NCBI GenBank assembly: GCA_965240325.2
Contig: OZ251227.1
Coordinates: 2,604,001 to 2,668,000, forward strand
DNA: 64,000 nucleotides
Direction of reading: 5' to 3'
From: Rebecca billardiae RCC1528
Lineage: Eukaryota; Protista; Haptophyta
In this document: piece by piece, positions 24,601 to 36,231 of the stretch
How positions within the stretch are numbered: the stretch's first letter is position 1
Layout: every line of letters starts with the position of its first letter
Made by a program: the position numbers and the translations under genes
Notes under the pieces: generated by a model
Told to the model about the DNA's origin: nothing
The model's input: the letters and a program-made list of their open reading frames with translations, nothing else
The model's database searches: none

Positions 24601-27600
24601 CGCGGCCGATCCAGCGGCGGAGCGCGCGGCCCTCGCCGCGGCGCGCGAGCGCGCGGCCGGCGGCGCGGGCGCGGCCGCGCACGCGCGCCGCCGCGGACCA
24701 CGGCACGAACGCGCGCGCCGCGCCGCCGCGCAGCTCGGCCGCGGCCGAGACGGCGAGGCCGCGCAGCCGCAGCGCGCGCGCCGCCGCGGCCGCGTCGGCC
24801 GCGGCCGCGAGCGCGCCGCGCCACGTGTGCAGCGCGCGCGCGCCGCGGTCGGCGGCGAAGGCGGCGGCGCCGCGGCGCAGCGCGCGCCGCGCCGCGCCCG
24901 CGCCCGCCCAGCGGCGCATCGCGCGCGCCGCGCCCTGCTGCGCCCAGCGCGCGAGCGACGCGCGCGCGGTCGCGGCCGCGGCCGCGGCCGCGGCCGCCGC
25001 CGCCGCCCAGCACATGAGCGCTCGCGCCTCGCCGCGCCGGCGCAGGCGGTGCACGACGGCGCGCGCGGACGCGCGCGTCGCGGCGTGCGCGTCGAGCGAG
25101 CGCCACGCGCGGTGCGCCGCGCCGTGCGCCCAGCGCACCGCGCACGCCTCGCGCAGCCGCAAGCCGTCGAGGCCGTCCGCCGTGCGGACGAGCCACGCGC
25201 CCCACGCGCGCGCCTGGCCCGCGTGCGTGAGCCGCGCGAGCCCGCGGCGCAGCGCGGCGCGCAGCGCGGCGCCGGCGCGCCAGCCGCGCAGCGCGCGGCA
25301 GACGGCGCGGTTGAGCAGCGCGCCGCCCGCGCCGCGCATCAGCGCGAGCGCCTCGCGCCGCGCGCCCGCCGCCTCGGCCCACGCGAGCAGCGCGCGCGCC
25401 GCGCCGCGGTGCCGCAGCCGGCCCGCCGCGCGCCGCGCCGACAGGTGCGTCGCCGCGCGCTCGAGCCACCAGCCCCACGAGCCGCGGAGCGCGCGGCTGA
25501 GCCAGCGGTGGCCCGCCGCGTCGAGCGTGAGGCGGCCGTCCGCGAGCGCCGCGGCGAGCGCCGCCCACGCGTTCAGCGCGCGCGCCACGTCGCGCGCGAG
25601 CGCGCGCCTGCACACGACGCCCATCACCGCCGCGTCCTCGGCCGCGCCCAGCCACGAGCGCCACGTGCGCGCGAGCGAGGCGGCGGCCCAGACGGCGGCG
25701 ACGGTGCCGAGCGCCGCGCGCGCGGCCGCGGAGGCGTCGAGCGCGCCGCGCCACGCGCCGAGCGCGCGCGACGCCGCGCGCGACACCCAGCGCCGCACCA
25801 CCGCGCGCGCGGCGAGCCGGCGCGCGGACGCGCGCCGCCACGCCGAGTGCGCCGCGGCGAGGCCGGGCGAGCGCCAGCGCGCGCCGACCGCGCCGAGCGC
25901 GAGGCGCTGCGCGGCGGCGTCGGCCCAGCCGCGCAGCGCGCCGTGCGCGCGGCGCGCGCCCAGCCGCGCCGACGCGCGCAGCCGCGCGTCGCGCAGCTCG
26001 AGCGCCGCGGCGGTCGCGTCCGCCCAGCCGCCGAGCGCGCGCGCCGCGCCGCGGTGCCGCAGCCGCGCGCCCGCGCGCCGCGCCGCGCGCCACAGCTCGC
26101 GCGCGCCGCGCCACGCGCCCCACGTGCCGCGCACGGCGGCGAGGCGCCACGAGCCGAGCGCGCCGCCGAGCGCGCCCGCCGCGTCCGCCGCGTCCGCCGC
26201 GGCCGACGCCCAGCGCGCGAGCGCGCGCGCCGCCGAGCGGTGGCGCAGCCGCAGCGCCGCCACGCGCATCGCGCGCAGCAGCTCGGCGCCGTCCGCCCAG
26301 CCGCGCAGCGCGCGCGAGCGCGCGCGCGCGTCGGCCGAGCCGACGCGCGCGGCGACGGCGCGCGCGGCGCGGCGCTCCGCGGCGTTCGCCGCCCACGTGC
26401 GCAGCGCGCGCGGCCGCGCGCCCGCCGCGTGCTCGAGCGCGCGCCGCAGCTCGCGCAGCTGCGCCGCGGCGCCGCGCCACGCGCGCAGCGCGCGCACCTC
26501 CGCCGGCCGCACCCACGCCGCGCCGAGCCGGCGGCGCTCGCGCGCGTCGGCGATCGCGGCGCGCCAGCGGCGGAGCGCGGCGCGCGCGGCGCGGCCGCCA
26601 AGCAGCGCGCGCGCGCGCGCGCGCGCCTCGCGCAGCGCGCGCGCCGCGGCGAGCGCGCCCGTCCAGCCGCCGAGCGCGCGCGCCGCGCCGCGGTGCCGCA
26701 GCCGCGCGCCCGCGCGCCGCGCCGCGCGCCACAGCTCGCGCGCGCCGCGCCACGCGGCCCACGACGCGCGGCGCTCGCGGTCGGCCCACGCGCCGAGCGC
26801 GCCGCCGAGCGCGCCGCGCGCCTCGCGGCCGTCGGCGGCGAGCGCGGCCCACGCGCGCAGCGCCGCGCCCGCGCCGCGCAGCGCCCAGCGCCGCGCGGCG
26901 ACGTGCGCCGCCGCGCGCGCCGCGAGCGCGCCGAGCCACGCGCGCCACGAGCCGACGATCGCGCGGTTGCCCCACGCGCCGAGCGCGCCGCGCGCGCGCG
27001 CGCGCGGGCCGCGGCCGTCGCGCGCGGCGGCGCGCCACGTGCGCAGCGCGCGCGACGCGCCGACGCGCAGCCCCTCGCCCACCGCGAGCCGCAGCCGCGC
27101 GAGCTCGGCGCAGCGCGCCGCCCAGCCGTCGAACGCGCGCCCAAGCTTGCGGTTGCGCAGCCGGCCGGCGTACGGCAGGAGCGCGCGGCGCTCGGCGGAG
27201 GCGGCGCGCCACACGCCCCACGTGCGCCGCGCGGGGTGCGCGGCGCGGCGCGCGAGCGCGAGCGCCTCGCGCGCGCGCGCCGCCGCGCCGCGCCACGCGA
27301 GCAGCGCGCGCGCCTCGCCGCGCCGCCGCAGCCGCCCTGCGCCGCGCCGCAGCAGCCGGCGCTGCGCGCCCGCGCGCGCGAGCGCGCGCATCGCGCCGCG
27401 CGTCGCGCGGCCGCGGAAGAGGCGGCCGCCGGCCGCGAGCGTCTCGCGCGCGTCGAGCGCGCGCGCCGTCGCGTCGTCCCACTTGCGCAGCACGCGGTGC
27501 ACCGCGCGGTGCCTCAGCCGGAGCAGCGGCGCGAGCAGCCGGAGCCGCGCCGCCGCGTGCGCGGCGAGGCTGCGCCACGCGCGCGCGCGCGCCGGGTGGC

Positions 27601-30600
27601 GCAGCCGCGCGGCCGCGGCGCGCACGGCCGCGAGGCCCTCGGCGCGCGCGCGGAGCCACGCGGCCCACGCGCTGAGCGCGCGGCGCGTGCCGCGGTGCGC
27701 GAGCGCGCCCACGCCGCGCGCGAGCGCGCCGCGCGCGCGCCGGCCGCGCGACGCGACCTCGGCCCACGCGCGCAGCGCGCGGCCCGCGCGCGCGCCGCGC
27801 AGCGCCGCCGCCGGGCGCTCGAGCGCGCGCAGCGCGTCGGCGCGCGCGGCGGCGCGCGCCGTCCACGCGCCGAGCGCGCGCGCCTTGGCCGGCGCGCGCA
27901 TCCGGCCGGCGGCGCCGCGGAGCATGCGCCGGCGGCGCGCGCCGGCGCGCCAGCCGCCGAGCGCGGCGCGGCGCGAGCGCGCCGCCTGCACAGAGCGCGC
28001 CGCCTCGAGCGAGCGCGCGCGCGCCGCGGCGGACGCGGCGCCGTCGGCCCAGCCGCCGTACGCGCGCGCGCGCTCGCGGTTGCGCAGCCGCGAGATGGCG
28101 GAGCGCGCGAGCCGCGTGCGCCGCGCGCCGTCGCGCGCGGCGGCGAGCGCGGCGGTGAGCTCGCGCTGCGACCAGCGCGCCAGCCCCGCGCGCAGCGTCT
28201 CGCGCGACTCGCGCAGCGCGCCGCACGTGCGCGCCCAGCGGCGGAGCGCGCCGCCCTCGGCGCCGCGCGCGGCGCGCGCGGCGGCGCGCCGCGCGTTGCG
28301 CCACGCCGCGCCGCCCGCGCGCCACCACGCGTGCGCCTCGCCGAGCAGCGCGCGCAGCGCGGCGGCGCGCGCCACGTCGGCCGCGCGCGCGCGCGCCGCC
28401 TCGCCCTCCGCGCCGCCGCCGAGCTCGGGCGCGCGCCCCGCCCACACGAGGAAGCCGCGCCGGCGCGCGCCACCGACGAGTGCCGACGCCGCCACGCGGC
28501 CGAGCGCGCGCGCCTCGCCGCGCGCGCGCCAGTAGCGCCACGTCGCGGCGAGCAGCGGCGACTTCCACCGCCGGCCGAGCGCCTGCGCCGCCGCGCGCTC
28601 CGACGCCTCGCCGCGCCACGCGCGCAGCGCGCCGTGCGCGTGCCGCAGCCGGTGCTGCGCGCGCGCGCGCGCGACCGTCTCGCGCTCGAAGCGGCGCGCG
28701 CCGATCGTGTCGCGCCAGCCGGCGAGCGCGCGCGCGCGCGCGGCCGAGTCGCCGCCGCGCACGCGCGCGAGCGCGCGGCGCATGGCGCGCGCGTCGCGCG
28801 CGCCCGCGTCGAGCCCGGCCCACGCGCGCCGCAGCCCGGCGGTGCGCCACCGCCGCACCGCGCGGCCGGCCGCCTCCCTGGCCGCGCGCGCCTCGCGCGC
28901 CGCGCCCGCCCACGAGCGCACGGCGAGCGACTCGGCGGCGCGCGCCGCGCGCGCGGCGAACGGGCGCAGCCGGCGCGCGGTCGCGCCGCGCGCGCGCAGC
29001 TTGTTGAGCGCAGCGCGCACGCCGCGCATCGCGAGCGACGCGGCGGCGCCGCGCGCGGCCGCGAGCTCGGCGCGGCGCGACGCCATCAGCAGGCGCCAGC
29101 GGCGCGTCGCGCGCGAGGTGCCGCGGTGGCGCAGCGCGAGCGCGGCGCGGCGCATCAGCGCCGCGCCCGCGGCCGACTCGGCGGCGCGCTGCAGCGCGCG
29201 CCACGCGCCGCCGAGCGCGCGGCCCTGCCAGCGCGCCACGCCCTTGCGCAGCGCGGCGCGCGCGGTCGCGACCGCCGCCGCGCCGCCGAGCCAGCCGTTG
29301 AGCGCGCGCACGAGGCCGTTGGCGAGCGCGCGGCGCGCGACGACCATCGCGACCGCCTCGCCCTCGAGGAAGCGCAGCCACGAGCGCCACGCGCGCCAGC
29401 GCGAGCCATCGGCCCAGCCGGCGAGCGCGCGGCGCGCGCGCCACTGCGCGGCGACGGCGCCGACGAGCCCGGAGAAGGCGAGCGCGAGCGGCCGGCTCGC
29501 CAGCCGCGCGGCGGCGCGCGCCGCGGCCGCGGGCCGCAGCGCCGCGCGCCAGCGGCGCAGCCCGCGCGCGAGGCCGGGCGACGCGAGGGTCGCGACGAAG
29601 TTGCGCATGGCGCGCGCGTCGGCGCGGTCGTCGGCGACGCGCTGCGCCCATGCGCGCATCGCGCGCCACGCCGGGCCGCGCCGCCAGCGCGCGAGCAGCA
29701 GGTGGAGCGCCATCCGGCGCCGCGCCTCCGCGCGCCACAGCCGCGCGCCCGCGCCCGCGTGCCGCAGCCGCAGCCGCGCGCCCGCGCGCTCCAGCTGCGC
29801 CGCGAGCTCGGCCGTGCCGCGCACGTACGCGCGCCACCCGCCCCACGCGCGCGCCTCGGCGCGGTGCCGCAGCCGGCCGGCCGCGCCGCGCGCGCGCGCG
29901 CGCAGCGACAAATAGTCGCCCCACGCGAGCCACGCGCGCGCCTCCTCGCGGTGGCGCAGCCGGCCGGCCGCGAGCCGCGTGCGCGCGCGCAGCGCCGCGT
30001 GCTCGCGCCACGAGTTGAGCGCGCGCGCCTCGGGCGTGCGGCGCAGCCGCCCGCCGAGGCGGCGCGCGCGCGCGCGCGTCGCGAGGTACGCGCGCCAGCC
30101 GCCGAGCGCGCGCGCCTCCGCCACGCGCCGCATGCGCCGGCCGATGCCCGCCGCGCGCTCGCGCAGCGCGAGGTACTCGTCCCACGCGAGCCACGCGCGC
30201 GCGGCGCCGCGGTGGCGCAGCCGGCCCATCGCGGCGCGCGAGCGCGCGCGCAGCTCGACGAAGCCGCGCCAGCTGCCCCACGCGCGCGACTCGGCCACGT
30301 GCCGCATCCGCCCGCCGAGCGCGCGCGCGTGCGCGCGCGCGGCCAGATACGCGCGCCAGCCGTTCCACGCGCGCGCCTTGGGGATCGAGCGCATGCGCCG
30401 GCCGGCGCGCCCGCCCGCGTGCCGCGCGCGCTCGCGCGCGAGCGCGCTCGCGCGCCACGCGTTGAGCGCGCGGCCGACGCCGCCGTGGCGCATGCGGCGC
30501 ACGAGCCCGCGCGCGCGCGCGCGCGTCGACACAAAGCCGCGCCAGCTGTTCCACGCGTGTGCCTTGGGCAGGCTGCGCATGCGCCCGCCGAGGCCGCGCG

Positions 30601-33600
30601 CGCGCGCGCGCAGCTCGAGGTACGCGCGCCAGCTGTTCCACGCGCGCGCCTTGGGGATCGAGCGCATGCGCCCGCCGAGCCCGCGCGCGCGCGCGCGCAG
30701 CTCGAGGTGCGCGCGCCAGCTGCCCCACGCGCGCGACTCGGCCACGTGCCGCATCCGCCCGCCGAGCGCGCGCGCGTGGTCGCGCGCGGCCAAATACGCG
30801 CGCCAGCTGCCCCACGCCTTGGCCTTGGGCACGTGGCGCATGCGCCCGCCGATGAAGCGAGCGTGCGCGCGCGTCGCGAGGTACCCGCGCCAGCCGTTCC
30901 ACGCCTTGGCCTTGGGCACGTGCCGCATGCGCAGGCCGAGGCCGCGCGCGCGCGCGCGCGCCGCGACAAAGCTGCGCCAGCTGCCCCACGCACGCGCCTC
31001 CGGCACGTGGCGCATGCGCCGGCCGAGGCCGCGCGCGTGGTCGCGCGCCGCGACGAACGCGCGCCAGCTGCCGAGCGCGCGCGCCTCGCCGCCGCGGCGC
31101 ATGCGGCGCGCGAGCGCGCGCGCGCGCTCGCGCGTCGCGAGGTACGCGCGCCAGCCGCCGAGCGCGCGCGCCTCCGCCACGCGCCGCATGCGCCGGCCCA
31201 TGCCCGCCGCGCGCTCGCGCAGCGCGAGGTACTCGTCCCACGCGAGCCACGCGCGCGCGGCGCCGCGGTGGCGCAGCCGGCCCATCGCGGCGCGCGAGCG
31301 CGCGCGCAGCTCGACGAAGCCGCGCCAGCTGCCCCACGCGCGCGACTCGGCCACGTGCCGCATCCGCCCGCCGAGCCCGCGCGCGCGCGCGCGCAGCTCG
31401 AGGTGCGCGCGCCAGCTGCCCCACGCGCGCGACTCGGCCACGTGCCGCATCCGCCCGCCGAGCCCGCGCGCGCGCGCGCGCAGCTCGAGGTACGCGCGCC
31501 AGCCGTTCCACGCCTTGGCCTTGGGCACGTGGCGCATGCGCCCGCCGAGCCCGCGCGCGCGGTCGCGCGCGGCGACAAAGCCGCGCCACGAGCCGAGCGC
31601 GCGCGCCTCGCCCACGCGGCGCATGCGGCGCAGCAGCTCCTTCGAGCGCGCGCGCAGCTCGAGGCACGCACCCCACGAGCCCCAGCCGCGCGAGACGCCC
31701 GAGCGGCGCAGCCGGAAGAGCACGGCACGCGCGCGCGCGCGCAGCGACTCCTCCGCGCGCCACGCCGCCCACGAGCCGACGAGCTCGCGCGCGCCCCAGC
31801 GGCGCGCGGCCGTGCCGGCGTGCGCGCGCGCGGCGCGCTTGTCGGCCGCGCCGCCGCGCCAGCCGTTGAGCGCGGCGATGAGGCCGGGCGGCGCGCGGAG
31901 GCGCGCGCCAAACTTGCGGCGCGCGGCCGCGTCCGCCGCCCACGCGCGCAGCGCGTACGTGAGCCCGCGCTGCCGCAGCGCCGCCACGCCGCGGCGCAGC
32001 GCGCGCAGCGTCGCGCCGCGCGCGGCCGCGCGCGGCCGCCAGCCAAGCAGCGCGCGCGCGAGCCCGCGGTGGCGCAGCCGCGCGGCGGCGGCGCGCGCGC
32101 GCGCGCGCGGGCCGCCGTGCTGCCGCCACGCGCGCAGCGCGAGCACGAGCGCGCGCATGCGCGGCGCGAGCACGCGGCCCGCCTTGATCCGCCACGCGTA
32201 CCGCGCGGCGCACGCCTCGCGCCAGCGCGCGGCCGCGGCCGCGCGCAGCCGCAGCCGCGCGACAGACGCGGCGCGCGCGAGCGTCTCCAGCTTGGCGCGG
32301 CGGCGCAGCCGCTGGCGGCGCCACGTGCGCACGGCGCGCGCGAGCGCGGGCGAGCGCAGCGTCGCGGCGATCCGCGCGGCGCGCGAGCGCGCGCCCGCCA
32401 GCGCGTCGATCCACGCCGTGAGGCCGCGCGAGACGCCGCGCCGGCGCAGCCGGCGCACCGCGCGGCGCGCGGTGAGCACGCGCGCGCGCTCGGCGCGCCA
32501 CGAGTTCCACGAGCGGCCGAGGCCGCGCGCGGCCCAGCGGAGCGCGCCGACGCGCAGCGCGGCGACGCGCGCGCTCAGCGCGTCCGCCGCAGCGGCCCAC
32601 GAGCGCGTCGCGCGCGCGAGCCGGCGCAGCCGCAGGCGCGCGTAGAACGGGCGCGCGCGCGCGAGCATGGCCGCGCCGTCCGCGCGCCGCGCCGCGCCGT
32701 CGTCGTCGCCCTCGCCGTACTCGCCGTGCGGCGAGACCCACTGCCGCCAGCCGCGGCGCAGCTTGCGCGCGCGGAAGGCGGAGGCGCCGCGCCGGATCGC
32801 GCCGAGGCTCTCGGCGCGGCGCACGAGGTGCGCCAGCCAGCCGTTCAGCCCGGAGCGCAGCCCCCGCGCGCCGAGCGCGCCGACGCCGCGCCGCAGCAGC
32901 ACGAGCCGCGCGCGCCGCGCGCCAGCCGTCGCGCGCCAGCCCGAGACCGCGCGGCCGAGGCCGCGGTGGCGCAGCCGCGCGGCGGCGCGCTGCGCGGCGG
33001 TGGTGTGCGTGCTCGCGCCGCGCCACGCGCGGAACGCGCCGCCGAGCTCGCGGCCGCGCCACCGCGCCGCGCCGCGCGCGAGCGCCGCGCGCGCCGCCGC
33101 GCGCGCCGCCGCGCCCGCGAGCCAGCCCAGCAGGCCGCGCGCGAGGCCGCGGTTGCGCAGCCGGCGCGCGGCGAGGCCGGCGGCGCGGCCGCGCTCGCCG
33201 CCGCGCGTGCCGTCGTCGGCCCACGCGCCGAAGGTGCGCGACACGCGCCCGCGCAGCGCGCGCGCGCCCACCAGCCGCGCCGTCGCCGAGACGCGCGCGC
33301 GCCGCTGCATGCGCGCGAGCGCGAAGCGGAACGCGGCGCGGCACGCGGCGAACGCAAAGAACTGCGCGCCGACGCGCACCTTTGCGTGGCGCGAGGTGCG
33401 GACGGCCCACCAGCCGAGCGCGGAGGCGCAGCGGCGGAGGCGGCGGCGCTCGGCCGCGATCCCGCCGCGCACGCCGCGCCGCCGCGCGCCGCCCGTCGCC
33501 TCGCGCCACGCGCCGAACCGCGCGCGCACGCGCAGGTTGAACCACTGCCACGCGGCGGCGCGCAGCAGCATTGCCGACTGGCGCGCGCTCGCCGCGCGCG

Positions 33601-34606
33601 CGTTCGCGTGGCGGCGGAGGCGGCGGAGCGCGCGGGCGGTCGCGATGGCGCGGCCGCCGGAGGCCTTGAACGTCGGGCGGCGGCGCGCCGACTCGCGCAC
33701 GCGCGCGAGCCAGCGGTCGAGCCCGCGCGCGAGCATCACCGCGCGCGACTCGGCGCGCAGGTCGTCGCCCGACGCGGCCGAGCTCACGTCCTCGTCCGCG
33801 TCGTCGTCGTGGGCGGCGGCGGCGGCGGCGGCGCGCCAGCCGCCACCGGGCGAGGGCGTGCGGCGCGCCTCGTACGGCGAGGCCGTGCCGCCCGAGAGCC
33901 GCGTGCCCTCGCCCTCGAGCCCGCCCAGCCCGAGCAGCCCCGCCGACGCCGACGCGCTCGGCTGCGAGTCCATCGTAAGCCGCAGGCGCTCGTGCAGGTG
34001 CTCGACCATCAGCAGCGTCGAGCGGAGCTCCTCCTCGGCGGAGACGAGCTGGCGCGAGAGCGAGGGCGAGGGCGGCTCGTCGGGCGCCGCGCCGAAGAGC
34101 GCGCCGCGCCCGTCGCCCAGCCGCCCCTTGAGCATCTCGACCTCCGCCTCGAGCCGCTCGATGTTGCCGAGCGAAGACGAGAGCCGCTGCTGCAGCCGAG
34201 CAATGTCCGCCACCTCCGCGTCGGCCGCGCGGTAGCGCTCGGCGCTGGCGCGCGGCGCGCGCGCGGGCGAGGCGCGGCGCGGCGGGGGCGGCGGCGCGCG
34301 GCGCGTGCGCCGGCGCCACAGCGCCATCGCCTCGCTCATCGCGTCCGCCTCGTCGGCGGCACGCGCAGCGTCGTCGTACGCAGCGCCGAGGTCGTCGTCG
34401 TCGTCGTAGCCGTAGTCGTCGTAGTTGAAGGCGTCGTCTTGGTCGTCGTACGCGGCGCCACCCGCGTCGAAGGGCGGCGACGCGCCTCCGCGCGCGTCCC
34501 GCTCATCCGTCAGCAGCTGCACGAGCTCGTCCTCGACCTCGGCGAGCCGGCGGCTCGCGGGCGAGCGCCGGCCCGGGCTCGGCCCGCGCCGAGTGCCCGA
34601 GGACAT
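2..34606 (-). CDS. Giant Sfi1-repeat (putative centrin-binding) protein, >=11,535 aa, 3' end outside the window
   Basis: ATG at 34606-34604 (MSSGTRRGPSPGRRSPASRRLAEVEDELVQLL...), with an upstream in-frame TGA at 34912-34910. No minus-strand ORF in this frame is listed anywhere in 1-35100, which is expected if the frame has no stop before the window edge. Manual translation gives protein-like text with W every 29 or 33 aa, e.g. AENARERGLVRHAVRAFTHGAQARLFDAW / SDWARALREALSLLEPAAGRWSQRTLRAAFGGW. These match the Sfi1 consensus AX7LLX3(F/L)X2W. The + strand 'VVVAPRVEEPR' ORFs are its exact antisense. Confidence 0.9.
29950..31650 (-). repeat. Coding tandem array of 87 bp (29 aa) Sfi1-type repeats, ~19 copies
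   Basis: gccagctgccccac recurs at 31324 and 31411 (87 bp apart). The unit reads RAHLELRARARGLGGRMRHVAESRAWGSW. A block at ~30070-30320 is duplicated 1056 bp away (aggtactcgt at 30171 and 31227). Confidence 0.85.
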
Positions 34607-35139
34607 CGAGGCGGCGAGTGCTGCGCGCGAGGCGAGGGAAGGCTGTACGATGCGCGTGCGCGGAGCTGCCGGCACGCGTCTCGCAGAGGCTTCGCGGCGC
34701 TCGCTCGCTACAAGCGAGGCAGCGCAGCAGGCGTCGGCTCGTCGATCGAGGCTTGGGCCCCAATCGCCAGGCAGGCAGGCCAGTGGCACTCGTCGGCTTC
34801 GGCGTCGCCCGCGCAAGGCCGAGCTCGGGCTCGAGCTCGGTCGGGGCCCAGATTGCTGTTGGCTCGATGAGGCCGAGCGCGAGCGCGCAACAGCCTGTGT
34901 GCCCTTGCTTCATCAGCGCTGTTTCGCGTGGTGCGCGCGCTGAAAAGTGAAGGGTGAAGGTGAGAACTCTTGAAGAATACGGCAAACCCATGGGTCGGCT
35001 GGGGGACCAACCGTCTTCATGGCGTATTACCGGATTGCTGTTTCTCCTCCGGACTTGCTGTTACACCTGAAAAAGGCTTTTCCATTTTCGTCGACGTCTC
35101 GTCAGGCCAAGCTAAAAGCGCACGTTGGCCACCCCACCG

Positions 35140-36231
35140 CTAGGCCGCGTCGACGGGCGTGCACGCCTCCGACGGCAATGGCCGCTTGCGGCCTCGAGCG
35201 GCGGCGCGCTCGTTTTCCCAGCGCGCGGTCTGCCGCACGGCCTCTTCCAGGACTGTCGGCGTCCAGCGCGGCAGCACCCTCGTCGCGAGCGCCACGCTGA
35301 GAGGCCCAAAGTCGGTCGACAAGAACTGCGTGTCGCGCTCGGGCGCAAAGCGCGCGGCCGGCACCGACACGGCCGCGGCGGCGGCGGCGCGCGTGGCGGC
35401 TGGGACCTCGGCGTCGAGGGCCGTGGCGAGCGCGCGCACGAACCCCTCCCACGTCGGCGACTCGTACGCGCAGATGTTGAGCGCGCGCCCGTGCACGGCG
35501 TCGTGCGATCGGCACGCGGCGACGACCGCAGCGCCCACGTCGGGCCCGTAGACCAAGGAGATGGCCCTGTGCGCGCCGGCGCCCGGCTCGCCCTCAACGC
35601 GCAGCCCGGTCGCGCCGCCCTTCCGCAGCCGGCGGACCAGCGACGCCTGGCGCCCCGTGTTCTCGAACGGGCCGAAAGCGTCCGGCAGCCGCAGCGCGGT
35701 CCAGCGGAGGCGCGCGTCCGCGGCGGACGCGCGCGCGAGCAGCTCCTCGGCCTCGAGCTTCAAGCTGCCGTACTCATCGTTCGACGCGCGCTCCGCGCGT
35801 CGGCGCGCGTCCGCCGGCCGCACGGCGCTCGCCTCCGTCAGCCGGCCGCGCTCGCGCTCGAAGCGGTCTGGATCGGACGCCATGTACACAGAGTCGGTCG
35901 AGATGAAGATGTACAGGCCTGCGCGCTCGCCGAGCACGTCGACGACGGGCCGCACGTCGTCGGGCGCGTACGCGCAGAAGTCCACCGTCGCGTCGAAGCG
36001 CTCGCGCGCGGACGAGAGCCACTCGCGGAACTCTGCGCGCGAGCGGTTGCAGCGCACGTGCGTGGCGCGCGGCTCGCCCTCGAACGGAAACCGCGTGCGC
36101 CCCCGGCTCAGGACGGTGACCTCGTAGTCGGCGTCCAGCAGCGCGCGCACGGTGTGCCGACCGAGGAACTGCGTCCCGCCGATCACGAGCACGCGCCCAG
36201 CCACGTCGTGGGGGGGCGCGACGACGGCCAT
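35140..36231 (-). CDS. NAD-dependent epimerase/dehydratase (extended SDR family), 363 aa
   Basis: N-terminal Rossmann motif VLVIGGTQFLGRHTVRALL, YIFISTDSVY, catalytic YGSLK (YxxxK), and LRLPDAFGP. Intronless ORF. Confidence 0.88.
   Translation of the reverse strand: MAVVAPPHDVAGRVLVIGGTQFLGRHTVRALLDADYEVTVLSRGRTRFPFEGEPRATHVRCNRSRAEFREWLSSARERFDATVDFCAYAPDDVRPVVDVLGERAGLYIFISTDSVYMASDPDRFERERGRLTEASAVRPADARRRAERASNDEYGSLKLEAEELLARASAADARLRWTALRLPDAFGPFENTGRQASLVRRLRKGGATGLRVEGEPGAGAHRAISLVYGPDVGAAVVAACRSHDAVHGRALNICAYESPTWEGFVRALATALDAEVPAATRAAAAAAVSVPAARFAPERDTQFLSTDFGPLSVALATRVLPRWTPTVLEEAVRQTARWENERAAARGRKRPLPSEACTPVDAA

Noticed and set aside
17613-34319. 5568 aa minus-strand ORF in the track
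   Set aside because: Right strand but wrong frame (AALRRVARRP is the shifted reading of RLFDAWRDDH). The periodic Trp pattern is in the unlisted frame.
6995-34870. Huge + strand ORFs (4440 aa, 4809 aa; also 90..9875, 3261 aa)
   Set aside because: They are exact antisense or off-frame shadows of the minus-strand Sfi1-repeat frame (VVVAPRVEEP is the antisense of RLFDAWRDDH). They stay open because of extreme GC and have no protein-like motifs of their own.
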